Assembly: GCA_951804945.1 (NCBI GenBank)
Contig: OX638149.1
Coordinates: 37,138,001 to 37,202,000, forward strand
Reading direction: 5' to 3'
DNA from: Podarcis cretensis
Taxonomy: Eukaryota
Length of the DNA stretch: 64,000 nucleotides
Below, piece after piece: positions 11,688-24,000 of this stretch. Under the pieces are notes generated by a model. It had not been told where the DNA came from and searched no databases. It worked only from the letters and a program-made list of their open reading frames with translations. Numbering within the stretch: position 1 is the first letter of the stretch; each line of letters starts with the position of its first letter. A program made the translations under genes and the position numbers.

Positions 11688-14211
11688 ACCCATACATCAA
11701 GCTCCGGACAAGTCCAAAAATCACTTATATTGCTGCATTAATTAAACAGTTCTATCCAGTTCAATCCAGATAGTCCTTTATTACTTTCTTCAGCTTCTTG
11801 TTGTTATCGTATATTCCTTTCTTTGCGATCTCTGATAATTTTCACAAGCAGATTGGAAACAGACATGCTCTGTGCGGGTTTTGTACTCTCCAAAGATCAT
11901 ATCGCTCAGGGACAGCCGCTGTTCCTCGCTTCCATTAAAAAAAAAAAAAATATCTTCAGTCTGTCCTTTACTTTTCTCAGACTTGCCCAGTATATCAGGA
12001 GGCTCTGTCAGGTCAAAATTACATTCCAGCAATCCTTCTCATTCCAATGGTCCTGATTCTCCTCCCCCTGTCCTTCTTTCTCCGGCAAATCTGTCTTGGC
12101 GAGACACCATTTTTTGACTGCGTCATAGAATTTTCCTCCGTTCTCATTGTTTACCAATCCTTTCTTTAGCTATAATCCATCCCACACAGTTTTTAACTTC
12201 CTGCTTGTGATTAGTAAAACACAACGATCTTGTTTCTTTCTGGGGTGAAGGGTTATTAATATCACATAGTACAAAGAAAAAAGGTTTTTTTCCTCCACCC
12301 CCTTCATTCCAAACATACAGTCTCTTAATGGTGATTCATCAGAAGATTTACTTATCCGTCCGTCACTCCTGGTCACAGAGATCCATTAATCAGCAGTCTT
12401 ATCTCTCGAGCCTTACTTGATGTATGTGCTTCAGCTTCATTCCAATCGTATGTTACCAATTATAATTCCGAGCTGAAGCTAACCAGCACGCGCTGATTGG
12501 AATCGGCGTCAGGAAGAGCTGACCGCATCGAGGGCTCGTGGCAAGTGACCGGCACCCCCAGACCTCAGATCTGGGGGTGCATTGTGGACACCGCTGGCAA
12601 GGCAGCCCCCCGTCTCCTTGGGGGGGTGGGAAGACTGCACACTTCCCATAGCAGCCTCTTAATTACCTCGTATGGGTCAGAGAGATGTTATTGTCGGCCA
12701 TCTTCCAATGCGCCACCTGGTGACCCCCCCGGTATTCTACAAATCTGAATGGGATTCAACCTAAGTAGATGAGCAGAATGCAAGCGATGCATACAGGTAA
12801 ATGAAAAAATAGAATAATTTCATCTAGTTCAATCACGTCAGACAAAATGGATGTGAACAATATGCCACTTTTAGGACATGAAAAAAACCACCTATCTTAA
12901 GTTGATTATTCAGAACTGTACCCCCAAAAGGTCATCCTTTTATTTTTGAATGAAACACTCCACAGATAAAATCCTTAGTGTAAAATATGCTTAGGTGAAT
13001 GTTCGCCCTGCATCTCAGCTGTTTGTACAAAGCCTACTAATTCTGTCCAAAGTCAGCCTAAATATTTCCCAAAACACTTGATGAAATCTGCACAGCAACT
13101 GGAAATGCGATGAATATATTATTCCATGCTTCTGAAATATCTGTAATGATAATTCTATTTCTAAGCCTAAAAAAACAAAAATAGAGTGTGAAGTTTTCAT
13201 AAACTGGATGAAATGAATTGAATCCAACTCTTTTTTGAGACGAAGGCTTCCTTGAACTCCCTGTAATTTTGTTTTTGGCACTTGATCATGGCTGATGGGA
13301 GCTGCAGTTCGATAGCATCTAGAAGGCCACAGCTAAACCGTGCCTGTTTTGATAAAAAAAGTTTTATGTACTCCTATCTTTGGGGGAAGCTCTGTATTAG
13401 TTTTGGACATTCCATTCAGACTGTTTTGGGGGTCCTTTTCATAAAATGGCTGCAGTCTGGAAGCCACTTGGAAATGGTCTCACAAGGCAGTTTCCTCATG
13501 GAGTAGGCCAATAATCCACACCTGGGTAAGGTCACTTCCTATGCGCCTCTAGCAAACAACATTGCAAAGGAGACTTCCCTGTGCTAGAGGTTCTTAATCA
13601 ATTTAGACAAAAGTCATGGGAATTTAAATAGCAATGTGTGCATGTTACGTCCTTATAACTCACCAGAGAGTCCTTCTCTACACAGAATCAAATTCCCTCC
13701 CATTATTGTTTCTGATCCCATAAATCACTTCAGGGCAATTTGTTTGAAAGGCATATTAGGCACACCTCAGGGACCTTAGCACAGAAAGTTTCCTTCGTAA
13801 CCCTAAACTTCCCCTCAAACTTATTCTGAGACATAATTCCCATTTCCGTCCTTATTCTCCCCTAGCCCCATACATAGGGAAAAATAAAACTGAGTAACAA
13901 ATCAGAGCATTTAGATCTTGATTTCTGTATTTTTTTTTAAAAAAAACCACACACCATTGAATTAATAACCTGGAAAACCATGGTCCAGATTTTCTAGGAC
14001 CCCCTTTCTTTTAAGCAAAGTCCAATATGCCTTGTACAGTATGACCACTCAGGAAAACATAAGAGGAACAAACTGTCTACTTACCTAAGACTTCAAATGA
14101 GACCTGTTACTCTGCAACAGGCTGGAGCTGTCCATCAGCACTACCTACTGTCCGTAGCAGCACACCTACAAGTCAGTGAATGAAGCACCCACAACAGAAT
14201 AAAGACAATAC

Positions 14212-14640
14212 CTAGAATCATAGAATCATAGAGTTGGAAGAGACCACAAGGGCCATCGAGTCCAACCCCCTGCCAAGCAGGAAACACCATCAGAGCACTC
14301 CTGACATATGGTTGTCAAGCCTCTGCTTAAAGACCTCCAAAGAAGGAGACTCCACCACACTCCTTGGCAGCAAATTCCACTGTCGAACAGCTCTTACTGT
14401 CAGGAAGTTCTTCCTAATGTTTAGGTGGAATCTTCTTTCTTGTAGTTTGGATCCATTGCTCCGTGTCCGCTTCTCTGGAGCAGCAGAAAACAACCTTTCT
14501 CCCTCCTCTATGTGACATCCTTTTATATATTTGAACATGGCTATCATATCACCCCTTAACCTCCTCTTCTCCAGGCTAAACATGCCCAGCTCCCTTAGCC
14601 GTTCCTCATAAGGCATCGTTTCCAGGCCTTTGACCATTTT
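14212..14640 (-). mobile_element. CR1 LINE 3' fragment
   Basis: MVKGLETMPYEERLRELGMFSLEKRRLRGDMI...[20 protein letters not shown]; (ATTCTATG)n tail. Confidence 0.92.
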
Positions 14641-16974
14641 GGCCATTTTGCAACCATGCTGTAAGTGCCTATCTGAGGGGATGGATGATGCAATGGCACA
14701 CTCTGTCAGTTGCTCTACATGACTTGAAGTAATTTGTAGCACCATAAATGCTGGAGGCATTCGAAGTTTCGAGGTCTTGACGTTCACAACTGTCTCTGCG
14801 ACCCAGATCTGTCTCGCAGGGCAAGCAGAACAAGGTGATTAGGTGAAAGTGAAGCACCCATTCCAAAAGAACTTGCACTTGCCCCCAGCCTCAGTTTGTA
14901 TTTAGACTAACATAATCGAAGTCTGGAAGGGGCAAAGATAATCTAATGCCTTGAGCGACCTTCCTCACCAGCCAGCATTTTGCTTCCTCCTCCTCAATAT
15001 ACCGAATCTTCCAAATTTTACTATGCAGCAGCCAGAGAACATTAGTGAAGAATATTCCCAGTGCTTGAGGTAGGCCTGCTCAAATGCTAAAACAACTTTA
15101 GATAGCTCAGTGCATTGTGCCATTTCATACATGGGAAATCCCCCCTTGGCAAAAGAATACAAATAGACTGACAAGCCGGGGAATCAACTTGATTGGGGTG
15201 AGGATTGCTTTTCCAGCCCAAGAGCTGCAATTCCCTTATGGGCAGCCTTCAGGGGCCTGCATGCCAGCGTTGGGCAAAAGTTTCCAGAGGCAAAAGTGGG
15301 GGGCAAAATGGACGATTCTTACCTTTTTGCAATGAGCTACATTCTAGCCATAGTCAGAGGTTTCTACCCTTCCACTCCTCACCCTCTTTCTAGAGAAACA
15401 AAAGGCATTGTGATACGATGGTTCGAGGATCCATTCTAGCCACGCAAAATAAATCCAGGATTTATTTGCAGAGGACCGCTGGTGAGAGGCATGGCATTGG
15501 AAAGTTCCCAAGGCTGGGTAGAGAGCCCCAGAAGACTACATTTGACCCTAGGGCCTGAGGTTCACCATCCCTGGACTACATGCTTATCTTGAAGCAAGAT
15601 TGTCTCAAAATTTTGGCACTAGTCCATCTAACCTACTTTTGATAACTTGGAACCAGGTTACATTCAAGCTTGTTTGTATAGCCCTGCCTGGTTAATTTGA
15701 TCCTTGGGAGAGACACTATTGGGCTCTATACTTCTGAGGTTTATTTTATGCCCACTAAGACCAGAACCTGTAGTGTGGCAGTATCTGCCTTTTGGTGTGC
15801 ACTTCCAATTAACATGAGGCAGGTAATTACTGTATTGACATTTATTTACTGGCATAAAACTCACCTGTTCACCCAGGCTTTCCCTGAAGGATTCACAGAA
15901 TCACAGAACTGTGGAGATGGAAGGGATTGCAATGCAGAAATCTCAACAGAGTCCCCTATCCAATGTGAAACCATACTGGACTCTGCTTAACTTTGCAAAT
16001 GTGCTGTTTTTTAAAAAAATTATTATTGCCGTCTCACTAGGCAGTTTCAGCTGTGTTGTATTAATTTAATTGACTGATTTGTGATGTATTTTTCATTTCT
16101 TTTATGAATGTAACCTTGTTAGTGATTTTATGCTGGCTCTGATAGCTTTCTTGATGCTGGTACAGAAAATCTTGCAAATAAATACCGTAACTCCCATGTG
16201 CAGCTTCATTTTCAAAATGCTAATTGTGATACCTAATTTCCCCAGGGTGATGAATGGCCTACGAAAGCTGGATGTACCTTTGTTTGAAATCTGGATTATC
16301 ACTGCCTGTGAAGGTAGGAGCATTTGGAGGGAGGGGGAGGGGCAGTAAAGGATTTGAAGAAAATGGCACAGGGATATACACACTATAAGGGCTATTTTAT
16401 AGCCTTGGTAAAATGCTTGATATGTATTTGAGTTTACTTTAGATAATGTCAATTCATAGAGCAAAGTAACTCATCATTATCAGTGAGACACACAGCTCAC
16501 TCCCTTCCTTCCTTCCTTCCTAATTTTAGAAAGAGTGTCTGAATGGATTTTCATTCACGTTTATATTGGAGTAAGAGATGTGTACATTGCAATTAGTGAT
16601 GCTGCAGGTTGTGGTGTTCTGGTCTGGAAATCAGTTTGGTAATTTGGGATTAGAATTCTACTGAATCTGGGGCTTGGATTAAAATCCCAGTTTATTTCCC
16701 ACCCATCAGCAAAATGGCAGGTGGGGACGCAAAGAGTAATTATTTCTTGTCCCAAGAGTTTTTAGTGGTAGGTTGCTATTTGCGTCCCCCCCCCTGCCAT
16801 TTTCAAGGCTGCAGAGTCCTTAAATCTGTGTTGAAACCCAAGCACTTGGATAAATTCCACCTACATCTGTAATCAATAAAGTTGTGGTCATTTTTAATCC
16901 AGATTGTTGTCTGTCTGAGTTGTTATTAACCATATATTACATGTAGACACTGATGGGGGGGGCAACACTGAGAC

Positions 16975-17227
16975 TAAAGGTGTCATGGGCTTTGAAGATA
17001 CCCAAACTCAGGACACAAGGGAGAAACGTGCTAAGAGGAAGGCACGCTTGGCAAATCCACACTGTGATCAACTCTCTCCCCCCCGGAAACCAATTTCCCC
17101 ACTGTGGAAGGACGTGTGGATCCAGAATTGGCCTCCACAGTCACTTACGGACTCACTGTTAAAACCGTGTTTATGGAAGACAATCTTACTTGGCTACGAG
17201 TGATCGCCAAAGAGGAAGAAGAAGAAG
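16975..17227 (+). mobile_element. RTE-clade LINE 3' end
   Basis: Encodes ...FPHCGRTCGSRIGLHSHLRTHC* (RTE C-terminal zinc-finger-like motif), followed by a (GAA)n tail. Confidence 0.75.
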
Positions 17228-17869
17228 GGTCTGCAACTAACACTCCAATGGCATAATGGACTTCTGTGCTTGCAAATGAACTTCCTCTACTGTTCCCTCC
17301 AGCCCCTGCACACCTTCAAAATCAGCTTCAGAGTGCTGGAGGCCTGTTTGGAGCAGATTTTGGGGGCTGTAGAAGAAATGGCAGTCCCATTGCACCTGTG
17401 GAACTATGTGTGTGGCAATAATTCACAGGTTATAGAATATAGGACTGGTAAATGTTCACATAGTACAGTGATGATCATAGATCTCTCAAGACTCATTAGG
17501 CTGGTACAAAAGTCTCGCCCCGCTCTGCCCCCAGGCAAAATGAAGTGTTTCCATATCAAAGGCTTTCGAAGGTAAGAAGAAATGAAAAGCCACCTTGTAC
17601 AAGAAAGATGAAAGATGAATGAATGATTAATAATCTATGCACACACAATTGAATGCCTTCACAGCTAGATAAAATTACACAGCTGAGCTAAAATGGAACG
17701 TGTTCCTTAGGAGGGATCTGAGCTTAATTTATTCCAACAAATTAAATGAGAAATATTAGTACAAATTACATTCCAGATGCAATAGCCTACCGATAAATTA
17801 TCACTTGAATCTAACAACATATAAACAAATTGAAGAAATATCACAGCAGGCAGAATCCAAGTGTTGTGG

Positions 17870-17875
17870 TTTATT
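17870..17875 (-). terminator. Candidate SCFD1 polyadenylation signal (AATAAA)
   Basis: tttatt on + strand about 180 nt downstream of the stop; alternative ATTAAA near 17932. Confidence 0.5.
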
Positions 17876-18053
17876 TGATATCATTCTGCATGTAGTATGT
17901 CTTATATATATATATAGAAGTACAGAATATCCTTTAATAAAAATTATCAGTTTAAGGGATCATTTGAGGATTAAATACTATGCACAGGTTAAGATGTTAC
18001 ATGTTGCCATGATCTTTTCTTCACATTTTGTCAAAAGGCCAGATAATCTTTTC

Positions 18054-18077
18054 CTATTTCTGTCCAAGTTGGGAAAG
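18054..18077 (-). CDS. SCFD1: SCFD1 exon 25 coding part (LSQLGQK*)
   Basis: tttag acceptor, TAG stop at 18056-18054. Confidence 0.94.
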   Translation of the reverse strand, partial: LSQLGQK

Positions 18078-21035
18078 CTAAATATAAAAAGATAAGAAAA
18101 ACGTTAGATTACCCTTAATACTCCAGTTTATAAGGAGAAAACTGACTTCATCCAAATATTGTGTACTAATGTATTACTAAAGAGAAACAAAGTAGGCAAT
18201 ATTTTCAGACTCAAAATAATTTATTTTCTCAATAATGTTTCATAAAATAGAGCAGGGTTGAGGAATCTGTGGCTCTGCAGATGTTGCTGGACTCTCATCC
18301 TTAGACAGGATGTCCAATAGTCAGGGATGATAGGAGTTATATAGCAATATTTGGAGGACCATAGATTCCCCACTCCTGAAACAAAGCAATATTTTTAGTT
18401 AAGGAATGATTCTTCCCTGTGGGTACACAGCCCTTCTCTCTTGAGGATGACAAGAGACAGCACAACTGTCTGAATGGGAGACCTGGATGTGTGTCATCTC
18501 CACATCATAATCCATCTCTCCACTTAGACAAGCTGCCTGGGTCAGATCTTCCATTTCCAAGATTTCCATGGGATGAAGGCAAACCAATTTATTTTAAGTC
18601 CTACAGGGAATCATCTGCATGTAGGGTACTGTGTGCCCACAAAAGGCTCATGGGGGGGGAAACCCCAAAATAAACACCTAGTACAGTATAGGTGTGAATC
18701 ATGCTTTCATGTCTTTGCAGAAGAACTCCATTATGGGTACTTGTTATGTAATAATAATAATAATAATAATAATCAATTAAATTTATATACCACCCTTCTT
18801 CCAAAGATCACAGCGTGGTTTAAAACATAAAAACTTAATACTCAGATATTACTTTGCTCTAATACTACTAGAAAAATATTTAATATGCACAAAACATCTG
18901 GAAGGGGAAGTATGACCAGCAACACTAACTAAGCCAAGCTGTTAAACCTTCTGACCATCAGGAGAGGAAGTTATTTTAGCACTGCTACATAGTGGAGGGA
19001 AGATCACTTTAATAGGGACACCACTTTTACTCGTTCCTGGTTTTTTCTGCTTCACACAGCCCTCCCTTCACATGGGATGAACAGGCTGCTGTTGAGGAAA
19101 CAAGTAGCAGCAGGGTAAGTAGAAGCAAATTTGAGAGGCTTGTTTTACACCAGGTTTCTGGTTCACTTTTCCAATAGGTTGGAAAAGACTTTGCAAATTC
19201 AATGGAGTTGGTGCTGGCCCGCCCAAAGCAACATCTGAGAAACTTGCATGCTGTTTTCAATCTAGCTGACGAATCACCCCACATTTTTTTTAAAAAAAAC
19301 ATGCCTCAGATAGCTGTGAAGTATGCATGCAAAGTGTGTATTCTCTCCCTCCCTGCCAGCTCGTTTCCTCTATAGAACTTCTGTGAGCAGTGAACATCTT
19401 GCCAAGCGCAATGAACCAAAAAACTTGATGGGCCTTTCTTGGGTTTACGATGAATACCACAAATAAAAAGACTTGTTGAAAAATTTTTTTAGTTGACTTG
19501 TGCATTATATTTTAAAATGATAACTGCATTATCATTTAAATTCTTACCTGTTTTAAAAACTGTGCAGCATTAAAGAGTTCACTGCAGCCATATAAGACAT
19601 GTTTACCTTGCTTGCCCTAGGTGAGACAACACAGATTTCATCAAAACATTGCTCAGTTTTATATTAAGAAGGCCATTCTACAACTTCAGAGAATGGAGGT
19701 GTTTTGTTTTTTTAAAGAACTGCAGTGTAGCAGGAAGAGAGCTCAGTTTCCCCCCATTGTTGTATATAAGCAATTGACAACCAGAACAACAATTTATTTA
19801 TATGCCGCCCATCTGACTGGGTAGCCGCAGCCACTTTGGGTGGCTTCCAACAAATTAAAACACAGTGAGACATCAAACATTAAAAACTTCCCTATATGGG
19901 GCTTCCCTATTTAGCCTATCTTTCTGTTAAAAACATTTTCAAAGCATTTTAAAAACAAACAATATAAATAAAACCATAAATTTGTGAATCTGCATTTCAA
20001 CCCTCACTTGTGTTTCAAACATACCACAAAGAAACGTAATTGTTTGCGGTGGAAAGTTAAAGAAACTGAAGAAATAGATCACTGACTTTACCATTATATA
20101 AATGACCCGATGTATTAATTTCATGTGTGTGCTGCTACCTTCCCATTTACTTCAATGGAGGAGGAAGCATGGTGCACATATATCTGTGTTCACGTCTATA
20201 CTTGTGATTAAAATGAAAAAGGAAGTCCACCAGAGAGGCATGTAAAAATGCAAGAAGAGATATAATAATAAAAGAAACTCACAAAGTGGTAACATACCTT
20301 TACGTAATCAATAAGGTTTTGGTATTCAATGTAATTGCCTCCTCCAACTACAAACACAATTGCCTACAATGCAAAAACAAACGAAACAAATAATATTCTG
20401 TAGCTACTGCTGCATGCTAAGCTTACGACAGAAAGAAGATACAAATTCGGCATATTTTTAAAACAGTTGAATTTTTGTTATCTGGATGAATTTCAGGGCA
20501 TCAAAAAGCGAAGCAACGAAGGTGCTTGTGATGGCAGAAACAGAACTTTTCAGCTGTTTAAACCTTTAGAATGCATCTCAAAATCTGGGCACAGCAACCC
20601 TATAATCCTGCCAAATCCTTTTGGGGAAGGTAAGATGGGGCACAAATGTGGATCCACTAACTCAATGATCCACCTGCCATAGAGACCTTGGTATGCCCAT
20701 AGAAAAGCTCTGTGGATGTAGATATACTGCTGGAAGTAGAGCTCAATCCCAGGATTGGTCTTGAATCTGTTAAATTCAAAGCTGCTTTGCTCCTGTGGAC
20801 AGTCCCCTGGATTTGGCCCATTAATTATGCCAGCCTGAAGCAGTGCAGTTAAGTTCCCTTTCACTGGCTTTAATAGGAAGGGTTTAAAAAGCAACACCAA
20901 CAGTGAGAAATAAGAGGGGGGAAAAACTGAGGCTTTGGAAATAAGAGGGGGGAAAAACTGAGGCTTTGGATGTGGTGTAGCTTCTATCACCAAACCTCCA
21001 CCTCCAGCTTACAGAATCTTTTATTAGCAGCATTA

Positions 21036-21086
<51 letters not shown>

Positions 21087-24000
21087 TTATTACTATGTAA
21101 GATTAGCCACTTCTGTTCTAGAAAATGTATGATTACTGCGGATAAACAGTCAAATTTTCTTTTAGTTCTCCAAAGCAAAAAATGTCCATTTAGTAACAAA
21201 ACGTCAGTTTAAACATTCACTTATTTTTATTGCATTAAGTTACTACCACAGATGCTATTTATTATTGTGACTTTAATTACTTTTTTATTTATTTAAGGTA
21301 TTAATACATTTCCCTTCATAATATTTATCTCAGGACAGAATGTGTTTTGATTTACGCCTTATGGGACTTTTTATAGTGGAAATGCAGCATCACATTAAAA
21401 ATAGATAAATATACAAACATATAAATCATGGGCTTCATCCGATGCTGTCCACCCTTGAAGACAACGGACTTCCACTTGCACAACGGGACTTCACCTACCT
21501 CTCTTCCTTTCCTTGTGGTCTCCTTCATGCCGTCAAATCTGCTCTGAAGGGCTGGAGGACACTCTACAGTGGATTTTATTTGGCAGGATAAGTTTCTAAG
21601 GGTCCTCATACAATGACAGATTGTACCTCATGTATTTTGCCAAAGGCAGCTAATTATCCACACAATTTATTTTGCCATAGGGTTTAGATATTTTATTTTT
21701 GCAGTTAAGAGCATTGAACTATTTATATTTGATCGAATCCTAATTTAAAATAGCAGTTTCATGACAAAATAGTCATTTTAAATTGTCATTTTAAATCCTG
21801 TATTTAAATTTTTTTCCCCTCCCTCTCTTCCCCCCCCTATTATGTTTTTACTGTGATTTTATTTTATTGGTGTTAGCTGCCCTGAGCACCCGGCTCTGGC
21901 TGGGAAGGGCGGGGTATAAATATTATTTATTTATTTATTTATTTTCATTATTAATAAATGGGAAAGTATTGAATCATATTTATTTCTTAAATATTTGCAG
22001 TCTGCTTTTCTATTTCAGGGAAATACTTGACATCAATCAACATCAAAATAGTAAACTTCATCTAAAAAATGATAACCACCATAACCAATTTAAAAAACTC
22101 ACCAATAAATCAAAATTTACATTAGATAACATTTTAAAACACTGCAATTTTACTGCCTGCTGGAAGAAGAGCAGGGAAGAAGCCCGGCAGGGCTCCCCTG
22201 GAAAGGGCATTCCATAACCTTGGCACCACAACACAGAAGGCCTTGCCCTCATGCCCACACTTCTGGAATGCCCACAGTGGATGTAATATTCAATTACAAG
22301 ACTGGGAAGAGACTCTGAGCTTGCTCACAGCTCTTTTCCCCAACACAGAGAAGTGAAGGACCAGACCAGGACCTTTAATTGATAGGTAAAGGTAAAGGTA
22401 CCCCTGCCCGTTCGGGTGAGTCTTGCCAGACTCTAGGGTTGTGCGCTCATCTCACTCTATAGGCCGGGAGCCAGCGCTGTCCGCAGACACTTCCAGGTCA
22501 TGTGGCCAGCGTGATGAAGCTGCTCCGGCGAGCCAGCGCAGCACATGGAACGCCGTTTACCTTCCCGCTGGTAAGTGGTCCCTATTTATCTATTTGCACC
22601 CGGAGGTGCTTTCGAACTGCTAGGTTGGCAGGCGCTGGGACCGAACGTCGGGAGCGCACCCCGCCGCAGGGATTCGAACCACCGACCATGCGATCGGCAA
22701 GTCCTAGGCGCTGAGGTTTTACCCACAGCGCCACCCAAGTCCCTTTAATTTTAATTGATACTCCAACATTAAAACCAAATACCGCTATCTCCCTTGTGCA
22801 ATATTGTCTGCACAGGGCTATTATGCTGGGACTGGGTCAAAGTTAGGAGAGAAAAAAAGGTGCAGAATGTGTGTTTTTAGTGTGTACTCATTTTCAGCAA
22901 AAACGTGAATTTTTTTTTGAAGTTATGTTTTGCATTTCTCCTTAGGAGTGACATTTCACATTTTAAATTGCTCATCAACCAAGAACCTAAACACATTTCT
23001 TTACAATTATTTTCTCCTAATTTCTTAAGTAAATGTGTTTAAGGCCAGGGTGTTAAGAATGTTGGAAAAGATTAGCTTATGCTTACTTGACTCTTTGAAG
23101 ATGAAAGGAGCTTACAATCGCTGTTGGATATCATTTAACAAAACTGTAATCACACTAATGATTTCATATAACGGGATCCAATTTTCTGTAAGGAGTGACC
23201 AACTTCTATTATATTTAAAGCAAATGTTCATACCACTGATTTGGAGAAGTACGATCTGTTCTTACCTCCTGAAATGGATTTTTGTTTCTTGGAACTGAGC
23301 TGAAATAAATAAATAAAAACTTTATCAAAAGCTCAGTTAATTTTTAAAAATCAAGCATTCAATATTCATAAACACCTTGAACTATAAAACAGGAGCGTTG
23401 GTCTTGCCTAAAATGTGTTTGTGACTGGGTATTAATATTCCTCTAAGTGGGACTCTGTTCCTTCTCCTGCTTGCCAGGTTCAGGCTTGGGGCATTTGGTG
23501 ACAATGCAATTAGAGAACCTGCTGCTCTAGAGGGCTTCAGCTGACCTTTAGTGGTTCAAAAGACAGAAATTGCCACTGTTCAAGCTTCTAAAAATTTTTC
23601 AAAGCTCCTAAAATCAACCACATATTCTCAAACTAACCATTTCAGGGTTGTCAGGAACAGAACTTTCAGCCATCAAATGCTTGGGTTAACAGGAATGTTT
23701 TAAAATTTATCCTAAAAGTTCATAGTGAGGAAGACGGACACAATTTATTAGGGAGGGCATTCCACAAATGAGGGAATGTCAAACGCCCTGTCACTGATCA
23801 CTGCCAACCAGGGAACCCTTAGTAGTGGGTCCACTAACAGGGCCTCCTCTGCTGATCATAGGGCCCAAGATGGTTGATATTGAGAATGGCACTCAGTCAC
23901 CTAAACATTTAACTTAAACATTAGAAAAGCACATCCCCAAACACATGAGTTGTAGTGGAGTTCTGTCCAGACAAGAGAACTTCATCTTTTTCTCCTCTTT

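Noticed and set aside
13664-13721. Possible opsin first exon (MGSETIMGGNLILCREGLS, donor G|gtgagt, - strand)
   Set aside because: Only a few residues resemble my recollection of OPN6 N-termini and there is no hydrophobic TM1; this cannot be distinguished from chance without an alignment.
14669-14890. GWG...LITLFCLPC peptide as an opsin ECL2/TM5 exon
   Set aside because: Motif spacing is wrong, with no conserved Cys-x-x-D-W and no matching splice sites.
16953-17162. C2H2 zinc-finger gene (HCGRTCGSRIGLHSHLRTH)
   Set aside because: It is the C-terminus of an RTE-clade LINE ORF, followed by its (GAA)n tail.
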